The notes beneath the pieces were generated by a model, which was given only the letters and a program-made list of their open reading frames with translations, was not told the origin of the DNA and ran no database searches. A program made the position numbers and the translations under genes. A stretch of DNA of 62,012 bases, taken from the NCBI GenBank assembly GCA_964597145.1, contig CAZQWH010000005.1:1-62012 (forward strand), given 5' to 3'. This document shows, piece after piece, positions 34,910 through 44,581 of the stretch; the stretch's first letter is position 1, and the number at the start of each line of letters is the position of its first letter. The DNA is from an uncultured Candidatus Saccharibacteria bacterium. GTDB taxonomy: Bacteria > Patescibacteriota > CAZHWT01.

Positions 34910-37900
34910 TTAAGGAGTTGCGGTGGTTTGGGCAAAAGCACTCCAGGAGAAAGTGTAGTCTTGAGTGGCTGGACCGTCCAACAATAGCGTAAAGCCTGTT
35001 GGTTCAACATCAGTTACCAGGTAGCGGGCACCATTGGTTAACAAGTTTTGTTGCATCTTAACCTGGCAATCTTCCAATGTATCTCCGTAAGCACAAACAT
35101 CGGCTTCAATTTGCTCAACTAAGCCACTAGCCGAAATTTTATCATCGAATAAGCTCGCGTTAATAATTGGCGCAGCTTGGTATGGCTTGGCAAAAGTTAC
35201 TTCAGCTCGGTCTTGTCCTTTGGCAATCTTTACCGTACCCACTGTATCGTTACTAAAGGCGACATGGTCAGCAAACGAAACTTCATGACGGAACACAACC
35301 GTATACAAGAACTCAGATAAAGCTTTAAAGATAGTCGGGCCGTTAAACTCGGCTGGGCCAGCTACACTCAGGCTACCTTGAACCGTTAAATCTTGAACCG
35401 TTTGACTGGTAATAGTACTGGTTGAGCTCGGATCCACTGCCACACCGCCAGCTACCTGAGCCTGTGGGTTGGCGTAACCGTTATCAACAAAAACCATAAT
35501 GGTATCGGTTTGGTGCACAGGATCCCAAGCTTGAAGTGCACGGCCAATCATAAAGCCTGGTTCAGTTGCCCGAATAGCCCGGCCCGGTTGGGTGGAGGTG
35601 GTTATATAATCTCCCGGCTCAATCGCCGTGGAGTGCGAAGCAATTTTAACCGGCACGCGGCCGTTAAGAGCTACTGGCATGGGATTGTCTGATTTATCAA
35701 CATTGTAGCCGGTAGAGCTAAAGTCGTTATAGTTATCGGATACAATGCCGATAACGCTGGAATCATAGTTGGTAGTTGATTTAACCAGCTGTTGGATAGA
35801 CTGCCCATCATCTGTTATCACTGTTTGATTGCCAATAGACACGATGTCACCGTAGGTTATACCACTGGCCACTGGATACATTTCGGCATAGTCAGCGGCA
35901 GGGTTGCCACTACAGTCAAACAATTTAACGTTGGTAGTCGAGGCGTCGGAGCCGCTATGACAAACTGCCTCAGTGGCCGTACCGGGATCTAGGTTGACGT
36001 GGATAAAACCTGCATCGTCTAAGGTCATGGCCAAACTTGGATCATTGCCTCCACCGCTTGTTTGCTTGGTATAGAACCGTAACTCGCCCATCGAATTGCC
36101 ATTGGTACGCACAAAAATCAGAGCTGCGCCAATGTTATGGTCGGTATTAGTAACAGAAAACGCTAAACCAGTTGAAAGGCCGTTAGTGGAGTTTGGATTG
36201 TGAAGGATTTGAGTGTAGTTAAATGAGCTACCAACATCATCGAGTGGATTATATGTACTAAAGACTTCAAATTGAGCGGTATGATCAATGTTGTCAACTC
36301 CACCAATTGCGAGACGCCCCTCGTCATCCAAACGCATCTTAATTTGGCGGGTGGCACCTCCATCGGTGGTGCCGAAGGCCAAACCGCCATCTTCGCTACC
36401 GGCGGTGTTATCGACAATGTAGGAGCCGAAATAAGCGTACGGGCTATTAACGCCGCCGGCATCATCCATATAAAAGTCGATGCCGCCACCCCTACCGATA
36501 GTTGAGCCTTGTCGTCGAAGGGCCAAAACGCCGACATTGTCAGTGGTCACATCATAATTGTACTCAAACCAGGCAGCGCCATCGCTATTACTGAGAGCGC
36601 TGGCTGTCAATGCCCAATCAAAACCTGGATTATTGATTTTTACTGCCCCGGTACTAGTGATCCTCAAAGCTTCTACCGTTGTGTCGCCGGCGTCAGTGTC
36701 TGGCTTAGTGAAGAAAACTAGATCGCCAATACTATTAGTGCCTTGGTCCTCAAAGACAATGCGAGCGCCAATGTTGCCGGTACCGGTGCTGCTAGAGAAC
36801 GAAATACCAGGCCCTGTACCGGTATTGCCATTTGTACTGCGCAAGACTATATGCTGGTTGCTTTCCCCCTGGGTCATGCCATTTTGGCTAGCAGAAATGT
36901 AGAGCGGGCCACTGAGGGTGGATTGATAGGTTGACCCGCTGTAAATGGCATTATTACCAGAAACAGTACTCGACTGGCCGATTAGCAGTAGAGTGTTATT
37001 GGTAGCGGCAGTAAGATTGTCGATGTTAATACCTACTTGGTTAGTCAACGATCCGCTGTTGATGGCATTTTCGATAAAAATCCCTGTGTGCGAGGAAACT
37101 GTAGCTCCGGATTCGATGGTAGGCAGAATATGTAGCCCTTGCGCAATACCGGTGGTTGACCCCGTTTCAAACTTGCCTAATGCTTCAAAGTTATATGTGC
37201 GAGTGGCGATGGCGCCGTTTTTAACCGTGATCAAGGACAGACTACCGGTTGAACTGGTGGTGGTGCCGCCATTACCACTTAGTATCACCGAAGGATTAAA
37301 AGCCACAACCGTTGCCTGGGTGCCCGAGGTATGCGACATAGTGGCGCCAACTAGCCCGCTAGTCAGCAACGAGGCACTGGCAGTATCCTGGTTAACGGCA
37401 ACGGTCAGCCCGCTTTCATTAGTTGATGAAGAAAAGTTTTTTAGGAAGCTCCATTGAGTAGCAGGAGTGTTAGTGCCAAAACCAATTCTGCCATCAGCTC
37501 GCGCATAAATGATGGTATATGGCCCAGAACCAGAGGTAACCGACAAAGCATAGGTACTGGCGGTATCATCGGAAGTGCCGACTAACAACCCATCGCCATC
37601 GGAGTCGTTATAAAGGATACTTGTGCCATCTACCTCTAAGTCGGCCGTAGGAGTAGTGTTAATACCCAGGCGCTTATTCGTGTTGTCCCAGACTAAACCA
37701 GCATCGGAGGAGATTGTGTTGGTGCCATTCCAAAAAGTGAGCTGACCTGAAGTGCCAGTGCCGGTGACGGTATTGGCGGCGTTACAACTCCCCCAGGTTG
37801 GTGAGCCTCCACCAGCGGACTGGAGACACTGTCCGGATGAGCCGGTGGCGGTCTGAGCGACTACTCCTGAGGTGTTGGTGTAGAGCAGACCGCCGTCGGT

Positions 37901-39940
37901 GGCGTAGTTGGAGAAGGTCACTGCTCCTGAGGCTTGGAGTGTACCAGCAACATCAAGCTTAGCACCTGGGGTAATCGTGCCTATGCCAACATCACCCATG
38001 GTTTTTATAGCAATGTCTTCATTGGCATTAAGTACTTGGTTGGCAAAGACAGTATTGGTTCCAGCATCATTGATGGATGCTGCGCCAGTACCAGATAATT
38101 TATTATCCGCCACATAACTAGAGTTAACATCAGAGGTTTGAATATCTATGGCAAAACCCGTTCCAATAGTGTCTGCAATATAATTGGTTGTAATGGTGTT
38201 GTTATCACTATTGGTTGTAATTCTAATTGAGCTGACGCTTCCTGTTCCAGCATTGTTAATGAGTGAGTTGCTTGAAATTAGATTATTTGACGCGGTAGTT
38301 ATAAAAATGCCGCTGCTGCCATTTGAGTATATATAATTAGACGTAACTGAGTTATGATCAGACCCGGAAGATAGGTACACACCAAAGTTAGAGTTTGATT
38401 CAAGGTGGTTGTTGGCTACTACATTATTATCTGAAGCGATTAGATATACCCCATTTGCATTTGATTGCGAGTAGTTATTTACAAAGGAATTGTTGTCTGC
38501 TGCCTGGAAGACTACACCCGAACTGCCACGAAAGTTGTTTTCTGTTACCATATTATTATCACTGTCTGGCTCTAAAAACATTCCATATCCATAAGTGTCT
38601 TGAACATTTATATTGCGAATTTGGGAATAGCTAACACTATTATCAAATAAAATTCCTACATTCTCTATGCCAGTATAAGTAGTTTTGGCGCCAGATATAG
38701 TTAGATTAGCGATGGTGACATTGCTTACAGGAGTTGTTCCATTATCCCCTACAGTAATTATTCCATCATAAGATGTTGCGTCATAGCCACGTTGTAGTAT
38801 AGTGCTGCTCCCTGCCCCAATAAGTGATATATTAGAAGCGGTAACATCGACCCCATCTGAACTTATTACATAAACACCTTCTAATAAGACCACCGCGCCA
38901 CCGTCTGCAGGTAGTGAGTTGACGGCATTTTCAATTGCAGTCTCGCAGCCTGAATTGGCGCAAACAAAATCGGCCTTTTGATAGTCTGCAGATGGTGACG
39001 TCGAATTACTTGTCCCAACAATGGCTGTGGCGATTGATCTATCGGCTTGCCATTTACCGTTGGCATAGACCTTGAGCTGATCATCATCAGAGTCGTAATA
39101 CATCGTACCTTCAGTTGTAGAGCTAGAGCTGGCACGGCCAGATAGGAGAATATCACCAGCAAATGAGGTTAGCCCTGTATGGTTGAAGGCAACATTTCCT
39201 GCCCCACCGGTGCTAAGAGTTAGCCCAGACCCAATAGATATGTCGGTGGAGGCATCCAGATTTAAAGCGTCGCTAAAGTCGTCGAAATCCAAAGAGTCAG
39301 CTTGAACACAGGTGTCGGTGTCGTAACAGACGGTGCCTCCAGCGCCAAAGTTAACCGATGAACTATCGGTACCGGTGAAAGTGAGGGAATTGTTGACAGT
39401 CAGGGTTTTGCCATTGGCGAAGGTCAGGCCGTCGACGGTGTCGGCTGATAGAGCGTTGGTGGCGGTTTCAGCCATGAAAGCGTAGGGAGCGGCGTTGAAG
39501 CGAAGTCTAGGTGTCATCTCTGAGTCTGATCCAACTTTGATGCCTAAGTATAGGCTATCCTGATTGAAATTGACGCTCGAGAGTGAACTAACGGATCCAA
39601 GGGACACCCGGAACATACCATCAGTAGTGGTGACTGACTGGGTTTCAGTCCAGATATTGCTGCCACTAGTGCTGACGGTATAGAGGGAGAAGACTACGCT
39701 GTGGCTACCATCCGTAACCGTCGTTCCGTCACTATTGAGTAGCCGGCCCTGGAAATTAATTTGCTCATTGATGCCTGGTGCGGCGTGGGCTGTGCTAGTA
39801 AATAGCAAATAGCAAATAGCAAATAGAATGATCGGCGTCAACAGCGTAACAGGCTTCAGCCACTGAAGACTGAAGACTACAGACTGAAGACTGTTCTTTG
39901 AACGCTGTCCGTTCAAAAAAGGCATAAATCGGGCAATCAT
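34910..39940 (-). CDS. giant secreted surface protein with right-handed beta-helix (PbH1) repeats and tail-fibre-like regions
   Basis: 1676 aa. Signal peptide ..LLFTSTAHA/AP. NNxxxxN-type beta-helix repeats (NNSFVNNYSQSNANGVYL..SNYIYSNGSSGIF). G/T/S-rich fibre-like segments. ADYAEMYPV motif near the C-terminal third. Confidence 0.7.
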   Translation of the reverse strand: MIARFMPFLNGQRSKNSLQSVVFSLQWLKPVTLLTPIILFAICYLLFTSTAHAAPGINEQINFQGRLLNSDGTTVTDGSHSVVFSLYTVSTSGSNIWTETQSVTTTDGMFRVSLGSVSSLSSVNFNQDSLYLGIKVGSDSEMTPRLRFNAAPYAFMAETATNALSADTVDGLTFANGKTLTVNNSLTFTGTDSSSVNFGAGGTVCYDTDTCVQADSLDFDDFSDALNLDASTDISIGSGLTLSTGGAGNVAFNHTGLTSFAGDILLSGRASSSSTTEGTMYYDSDDDQLKVYANGKWQADRSIATAIVGTSNSTSPSADYQKADFVCANSGCETAIENAVNSLPADGGAVVLLEGVYVISSDGVDVTASNISLIGAGSSTILQRGYDATSYDGIITVGDNGTTPVSNVTIANLTISGAKTTYTGIENVGILFDNSVSYSQIRNINVQDTYGYGMFLEPDSDNNMVTENNFRGSSGVVFQAADNNSFVNNYSQSNANGVYLIASDNNVVANNHLESNSNFGVYLSSGSDHNSVTSNYIYSNGSSGIFITTASNNLISSNSLINNAGTGSVSSIRITTNSDNNTITTNYIADTIGTGFAIDIQTSDVNSSYVADNKLSGTGAASINDAGTNTVFANQVLNANEDIAIKTMGDVGIGTITPGAKLDVAGTLQASGAVTFSNYATDGGLLYTNTSGVVAQTATGSSGQCLQSAGGGSPTWGSCNAANTVTGTGTSGQLTFWNGTNTISSDAGLVWDNTNKRLGINTTPTADLEVDGTSILYNDSDGDGLLVGTSDDTASTYALSVTSGSGPYTIIYARADGRIGFGTNTPATQWSFLKNFSSSTNESGLTVAVNQDTASASLLTSGLVGATMSHTSGTQATVVAFNPSVILSGNGGTTTSSTGSLSLITVKNGAIATRTYNFEALGKFETGSTTGIAQGLHILPTIESGATVSSHTGIFIENAINSGSLTNQVGINIDNLTAATNNTLLLIGQSSTVSGNNAIYSGSTYQSTLSGPLYISASQNGMTQGESNQHIVLRSTNGNTGTGPGISFSSSTGTGNIGARIVFEDQGTNSIGDLVFFTKPDTDAGDTTVEALRITSTGAVKINNPGFDWALTASALSNSDGAAWFEYNYDVTTDNVGVLALRRQGSTIGRGGGIDFYMDDAGGVNSPYAYFGSYIVDNTAGSEDGGLAFGTTDGGATRQIKMRLDDEGRLAIGGVDNIDHTAQFEVFSTYNPLDDVGSSFNYTQILHNPNSTNGLSTGLAFSVTNTDHNIGAALIFVRTNGNSMGELRFYTKQTSGGGNDPSLAMTLDDAGFIHVNLDPGTATEAVCHSGSDASTTNVKLFDCSGNPAADYAEMYPVASGITYGDIVSIGNQTVITDDGQSIQQLVKSTTNYDSSVIGIVSDNYNDFSSTGYNVDKSDNPMPVALNGRVPVKIASHSTAIEPGDYITTSTQPGRAIRATEPGFMIGRALQAWDPVHQTDTIMVFVDNGYANPQAQVAGGVAVDPSSTSTITSQTVQDLTVQGSLSVAGPAEFNGPTIFKALSEFLYTVVFRHEVSFADHVAFSNDTVGTVKIAKGQDRAEVTFAKPYQAAPIINASLFDDKISASGLVEQIEADVCAYGDTLEDCQVKMQQNLLTNGARYLVTDVEPTGFTLLLDGPATQDYTFSWSAFAQTTATP
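39800..39827. repeat. heptamer array (AAATAGC)x3 plus one imperfect unit, inside the signal-peptide coding region of the giant gene
   Basis: Read directly. On the coding strand it encodes FAICYLLF. Confidence 0.9.
39863..39897. repeat. heptamer array CTGAAGA x2 CTACAGA CTGAAGA CTGTTCT inside the 5' coding end of the giant gene
   Basis: Read directly. Encodes SLQSVVFSLQ, between the ATG at 39940 and the hydrophobic core of the signal peptide. Confidence 0.9.
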
Positions 39941-40084
39941 AATTACATCCAGTGTAGCAAAATCTGGAGTTGGCAGGCAAGCAGGAAAATACTACCGTCA
40001 ACCGTTAGTCTGGCCATGAGAAATGAGGCCCACCTGCCACGCAAACCAGCACCCAAGCACCTACAGGTAGGAAAAAGAGGAAAG

Positions 40085-40106
40085 AATTTAATTATATAAT
40101 TAAATT
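40085..40106. repeat. perfect 22-nt AT palindrome AATTTAATTATATAATTAAATT
   Basis: Read directly. Lies in the intergenic region upstream of the giant surface protein gene. Confidence 0.85.
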
Positions 40107-40245
40107 AAAATAACTCAGATAATTAACAAACAGATGGTAGCTAGGAAGGTAAAGGGGAAAAGAGGTTAAAACTCCGTGCACTACTCAAAAGTCACTCCCC
40201 AAAACAGCTTCTCATCCAGCTTGCTAAAATCCCTTGTCAGTAGTC

Positions 40246-42405
40246 TTATCGATCAATTTTAACTTGAATATAATACGCACCGGTTTTGGGTACAGGTGTA
40301 CCACTACTAAAATAGCTTAGAAAATCAATGTAGGTGTTGCTCAGATTACTCGTCGAGCCATGATAGGCAGGCAAGGTGGCTGGGGTAAAACTGATAACAT
40401 AATACTTGCCCGATTCGAGCGGGGCATTAAGGGTGGCCTGATCCCAATTGGATTGGCTAGAAGCGGTGGTTGAGCTGGCGAGCTGTTGGCCAATAGTACC
40501 GCCGCTATCCGAACTATAAACGGTAAAAGGAGTACCAAGGCCACAAGTGTAGCAGGATAGCTGAATGATAGCCGCATCGGCCTTGGCTTTGATCAAGGTA
40601 TACTTCTGACCAACGACCCGAGTTTTAATTAAGTTGGAAATATCAGGGTAGGCCGCAGCGGTGTTTTGATTAGCGGCCACAATCGAATAACTGGCAGTCA
40701 ATTGATTATTGCTGGTTGAGAGCTCTTGCCCATCTTGGTTGTAATTAACATATACCCGAGCGGTAAAACTGCCCACGGATGGCATAGTCCAATATTTTTG
40801 CCCACCAAACTTTCCAGGGTCAGAGAGTGAGTCGTACGTCGCACTGGTCTGCCCGCTTAATTCTGGAGTTGTAGCCGAAACACTAACATCGGAAACAGTG
40901 TCAGTCGCCACTGTGGATGAGGCGTCTGAGTAGACTTGCGAGACAATGGTATCTGAGGTGGCATCAAGGGCCAGGCCACCATCGTTATCGATGGTAAATT
41001 TAGGATAAATCGCCTCTCCTGGAAAAAAACTAGTCCGGACTCGGCCGCTGGCATCGGTTAAGACTAGGCTGCTAACGGTTAGGTCGGCTGTAGGTGCCGG
41101 GCTGGTGACAGCCTCATAGGCGTTAACCCGGCCATATTGCCAATAAGTACCCGTACCGGTGATGGCATCGGAGGTAACCTCTATCTGTTTTCGAACCATT
41201 TCGTTGGTCCAGGTTGGATGAGCTGAGAATAGTAGCGCCGCAATCCCAGCCACCAAAGGCGAGGAATAGGATGTTCCAGAGACAGTACAATAAGTACTAT
41301 TAATCCCATTATCTGAGCAAGGAGCTAAGACATCTTTACCCGGAGCAGTAACATCAACCCAGTCACCACGAGTACTATCACTGGCAATAGTATCGTTGCT
41401 ATCTACTGAAGCTACGGATAAGACGTGCTCAAACACTGCGGGATACTGTCTGCGGTCAGAGCCGTTGTTCCCAGCTGAAGCCACAACCACCACCCCATTA
41501 TTCCAAGCATAATCGACTGCATCCCGGAAGGCTACTGCTCCTTGAGTTTCTTCATAAAAGCCAACACTCATATTGATAACCTTGGCTCCTTGATCGGTAG
41601 CCCAGGTAATTCCACTAACCAGCCAGGAATAATTTCCCCACAACTCATGATTAAGAATTTGGGCAGAGATCAACTTGCTGTTGGGGGCCACTCCGGCAAT
41701 ACCCACCCCATTATTGGCTTTGGCAGCGATGATTCCGCCGGTACGAGTGCCATGATAAAAGTTGGCCTCCATTTCATCATTGGTAAAATTATTGGTGGCT
41801 ACCACCTGGCCAGATAAATCTTCATGGTTATCTAAGATGCCGGTATCAAGTATGGCTACCTTAACCGTGGCCGAGCCCATGGTCGTATCCCAAGCCTCAG
41901 GTACCTTGGTATTAACTAAATTATATTGCTCATCAAATCTGGCGTCATTGACGCTGGTAGCATTGGCCACTACCTTCTTATCGACTTCGGCATATTCAAC
42001 AATTGGATTTTGCTCCAGCTTGTCCACCACTAGTTGAGTAGTAGCAGTTGGAATATTGGCAATATAGGTATCTATAGGTTCAATGTACTGGTACACTTTA
42101 GCCTTAACCGTGGTCATGGCGGCTTGCATTTGGTCATGACGAGCACTCGGTTTAAATTTAACCAAAAAGGTTTGCTCGACTGGAGCATTAAAGTCGGTTT
42201 GCTTAGGCAATGGCTGTCTTGCCTGGGAAGTTGTGGGGTTAATAAACTGAGCCAGCGCCTGGTGCAGGCCATTGGCCAAGCCATCTCCAAATAGCAGCAC
42301 CCCAGTAGTTGCCATAAGGACAAGCAGTAGAATCCCGGTAAGTTTTATTGTTACCGGGATATGGCGGAAGTGTATTCGATTTCGAGTGAATCCAAGATGA
42401 CCCAT
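40246..42405 (-). CDS. subtilisin-like serine protease (S8) with C-terminal beta-rich domains
   Basis: 719 aa. Catalytic triad contexts VAILDTG, HGTRTGGIIAA and GTSYSSPLVAGIAALL. N-terminal TM/signal sequence. Confidence 0.8.
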   Translation of the reverse strand: MGHLGFTRNRIHFRHIPVTIKLTGILLLVLMATTGVLLFGDGLANGLHQALAQFINPTTSQARQPLPKQTDFNAPVEQTFLVKFKPSARHDQMQAAMTTVKAKVYQYIEPIDTYIANIPTATTQLVVDKLEQNPIVEYAEVDKKVVANATSVNDARFDEQYNLVNTKVPEAWDTTMGSATVKVAILDTGILDNHEDLSGQVVATNNFTNDEMEANFYHGTRTGGIIAAKANNGVGIAGVAPNSKLISAQILNHELWGNYSWLVSGITWATDQGAKVINMSVGFYEETQGAVAFRDAVDYAWNNGVVVVASAGNNGSDRRQYPAVFEHVLSVASVDSNDTIASDSTRGDWVDVTAPGKDVLAPCSDNGINSTYCTVSGTSYSSPLVAGIAALLFSAHPTWTNEMVRKQIEVTSDAITGTGTYWQYGRVNAYEAVTSPAPTADLTVSSLVLTDASGRVRTSFFPGEAIYPKFTIDNDGGLALDATSDTIVSQVYSDASSTVATDTVSDVSVSATTPELSGQTSATYDSLSDPGKFGGQKYWTMPSVGSFTARVYVNYNQDGQELSTSNNQLTASYSIVAANQNTAAAYPDISNLIKTRVVGQKYTLIKAKADAAIIQLSCYTCGLGTPFTVYSSDSGGTIGQQLASSTTASSQSNWDQATLNAPLESGKYYVISFTPATLPAYHGSTSNLSNTYIDFLSYFSSGTPVPKTGAYYIQVKIDR

Positions 42406-42511
42406 GCTTGCTTAGCATATAATAGCCAGCTAGTAGCAGGCAAGAGCAGCCGGTAGGTGGGAATACGAAATACGACCTTTCCCCTCCTCCCCTCCATGGC
42501 TGCATGATGAT

Positions 42512-43615
42512 ATGATACATAGTGTTATGAAGATTTTTTGGGTAGTAGCTGGATTGGCCATTATAGTATCTCCATTTATGCATCCTGGTGTGGCAATAGC
42601 TCAATTGCAAAGTGAAAGCTATCAGCTAGACGATTATTCGATTGGCTCTAGCACCACCGATCCGAGTACCGGATCTTCTAACTTTAAATTATTTGGTCAG
42701 GCCGGCAGCAATGATGCGCTCACTGGATCAAGCCAAAACTATACCTACAATGGCGGGTTAATCTATGCCATGCAAGCCAATTCTCCCGCCACGCCAACAT
42801 TCGAAAACCCCGTCGATTATTATGATCGGCTCAAATTTACCCTAGACCCCGGCGATGATCCAACCGACTATGTCTATGCTCTGGCTATAAGCCAAGATGA
42901 TTTCGCCACCACCCAATATATTTCAAACGACCTAACCCTTGTCGATACCTTGGCCGCCGACGATTGGCAGACATTTGCCCAATGGGGTGGAGCCACGGGA
43001 GCAGTAGTAACCGGCCTAGCGGCTAATACCGAATACGCCATTAAAGTCAAAGCCAAGCAAGGCACCTTTACCGAATCAAGTTATAGCCCAACGGCGACAG
43101 CTAGCACGGTCTGGCCCAGCCTAACGTTTAGTGTAAACGGCGATGCCGATATGGGTACCTGGCGTGAAGAAAACAACTACAGTTCAACCGCCGTTTCAAC
43201 TTTAACCACCTCAACCAACGCCTATAATGGATACAGCATTTATGCCTTCGCCACCGGAGCCCTAACCCGGCAAAATGGCAGCGAAACGATTGCCAATATA
43301 TCTGGTAGCTACGCCAACCCCATTGCCTGGTTGAGCGGAATAGGATTTGGCTACACCACTAACGACACTTCCATTGCCGGAGCGCCAAAATGGAACCAAA
43401 ACCCTTGTCCGGGCGATAGCGGCCCACCCCTATGTTACGCCGCTTTTAGTCAGACTGGGCCAGGCGATGTTGTGGTCGATCATGAGGCTGTTTTAGGTGA
43501 GTCAACCATCTCGGATGAAGAATTTAGTTTAACCTATAAAGTTGTTACCCAAGCCACGCAAACCGCCGGCACCTATTCCACCACCATCGTCTACACCGTA
43601 GTCCCAACTTATTAG
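42512..43615 (+). CDS. secreted protein with an FN3-like domain and a WxL-like (Y-variant) C-terminal domain
   Basis: 367 aa with a signal peptide. Its C-terminus ATQTAGTYSTTIVYTVVPTY shares the motif ATQTAGxY...I.Y...P with the ORF at 53500-54687. Confidence 0.5.
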   Translation: MIHSVMKIFWVVAGLAIIVSPFMHPGVAIAQLQSESYQLDDYSIGSSTTDPSTGSSNFKLFGQAGSNDALTGSSQNYTYNGGLIYAMQANSPATPTFENPVDYYDRLKFTLDPGDDPTDYVYALAISQDDFATTQYISNDLTLVDTLAADDWQTFAQWGGATGAVVTGLAANTEYAIKVKAKQGTFTESSYSPTATASTVWPSLTFSVNGDADMGTWREENNYSSTAVSTLTTSTNAYNGYSIYAFATGALTRQNGSETIANISGSYANPIAWLSGIGFGYTTNDTSIAGAPKWNQNPCPGDSGPPLCYAAFSQTGPGDVVVDHEAVLGESTISDEEFSLTYKVVTQATQTAGTYSTTIVYTVVPTY

Positions 43616-43633
43616 TATCTAGTCAGTAGCAGG

Positions 43634-43661
43634 TTACAATTAAAATTCATTACCAGACACC
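43634..43661 (+). repeat. 28-nt motif TTACAATTAAAATTCATTACCAGACACC, copy 1
   Basis: Matches 50742-50769 with two mismatches. Both copies are preceded by TATCTAG. Confidence 0.85.
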
Positions 43662-43670
43662 TTTCCTTCG

Positions 43671-43699
43671 TTGACATGTTTGCCTGATATCGATAGACT
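43671..43699 (+). promoter_or_regulatory. sigma70-like promoter TTGACA-17-TAGACT upstream of atpF
   Basis: Read directly. Confidence 0.5.
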
Positions 43700-43756
43700 A
43701 AAATTGTTTAAGATTAGGCCTTAGTTGCCAATAAAATAAGTCAAAAGATTCTGCCC

Positions 43757-44581
43757 ATGCCCAACATAGTTATTATTGCGGTTCTATTTTGTATCTTTGT
43801 CATCGCGCTATCAGTAGTGTATGTTTGGTTGCATCGTCGTGAACAAAAACTGTTACGCGAGCTAGACGAAACCAAACGGCAGGCTTCGGATGGCGCTTTT
43901 TTGGAAAAAAGATTGAAAGAAATCCAGGCCCGCGCTCTCGATCATGAGCAAAAAATACTTAATGAAGCCGAAGACCAGGCCAACCACGTGGTTGATAACG
44001 CCCAAACTCAAGCTCAAAAAGTAGTTACTCAAGCCCAAGCCGAGGCCAATCGATCTCTAACCGAAGCCAAGCAACATTCCACTGCCTTAGCCACTGGCGC
44101 CGAAACCCAAGCCAAACAGCTGGTAGCCGAGGCAGCCCAGGCCATGCAACTAGCTGAACAAAAATTCCAGCAAGAGGCCCAGGCCAAACTCACTCCGGTA
44201 TACGATAAGGCTGCCAATGATGTGGCGGCTGCCACCGGCACGCTCAACCAAAAGACTCAAGATTTATTTGCTCGCTTAGAATCCGAAATGTTGACCCAAA
44301 TTAAAAGTCGACAGCAAGAGCTAGACAGCAAAATGAACGAAGAGTGGGCCCAAGCTCGGACCGAAATTCAAGACTATAAGACTCAAAAACAGCAAGAGTT
44401 AGATGAGTGGAAAGCCAACTCCGAAGCTGAGTTAGAAAAAACTATCTTAAACCTCATTTCAGATACCCTAAAAGAAACCATCCACGTTACCCTAACCCCC
44501 AAGGAGCACCAGCAATTAGTATTTGAAGCCTTAGAACGAGCCAAGGAGAGTCATGCCTTCGACGCCCCAGATCCAAAGTGA
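43757..44581 (+). CDS. atpF: F-type ATP synthase subunit b-like (unusually long)
   Basis: 274 aa. Single N-terminal TM helix, then a long A/Q/E-rich coiled coil. Lies directly upstream of the delta subunit gene. Promoter at 43671-43699. Confidence 0.6.
   Translation: MPNIVIIAVLFCIFVIALSVVYVWLHRREQKLLRELDETKRQASDGAFLEKRLKEIQARALDHEQKILNEAEDQANHVVDNAQTQAQKVVTQAQAEANRSLTEAKQHSTALATGAETQAKQLVAEAAQAMQLAEQKFQQEAQAKLTPVYDKAANDVAAATGTLNQKTQDLFARLESEMLTQIKSRQQELDSKMNEEWAQARTEIQDYKTQKQQELDEWKANSEAELEKTILNLISDTLKETIHVTLTPKEHQQLVFEALERAKESHAFDAPDPK

Noticed and set aside
36163-37457. Many ORFs of 60-170 aa are nested in or antisense to long genes, for example within 34910-39940, 5439-8816, 48496-50709, 53500-54687 and 57534-59531.
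   Set aside because: They lie entirely inside strongly supported genes with clear motifs. Their composition is typical of antisense or shadow frames.
34910-39940. The tail-fibre-like giant protein might mark a prophage.
   Set aside because: No capsid, terminase, portal, integrase or other phage genes are nearby. The flanking genes are cellular (DUF3048, zwf, S8 protease, ATP synthase).
42512-43615. The C-terminal ..AGTYSTTIVYTVVPTY motif resembles SCPU/Csu-type chaperone-usher pilins.
   Set aside because: No usher or periplasmic chaperone gene is present, and the gene context looks monoderm. The WxL-like interpretation is preferred because DUF916/DUF3324-like partners occur alongside. SCPU remains the alternative to test.
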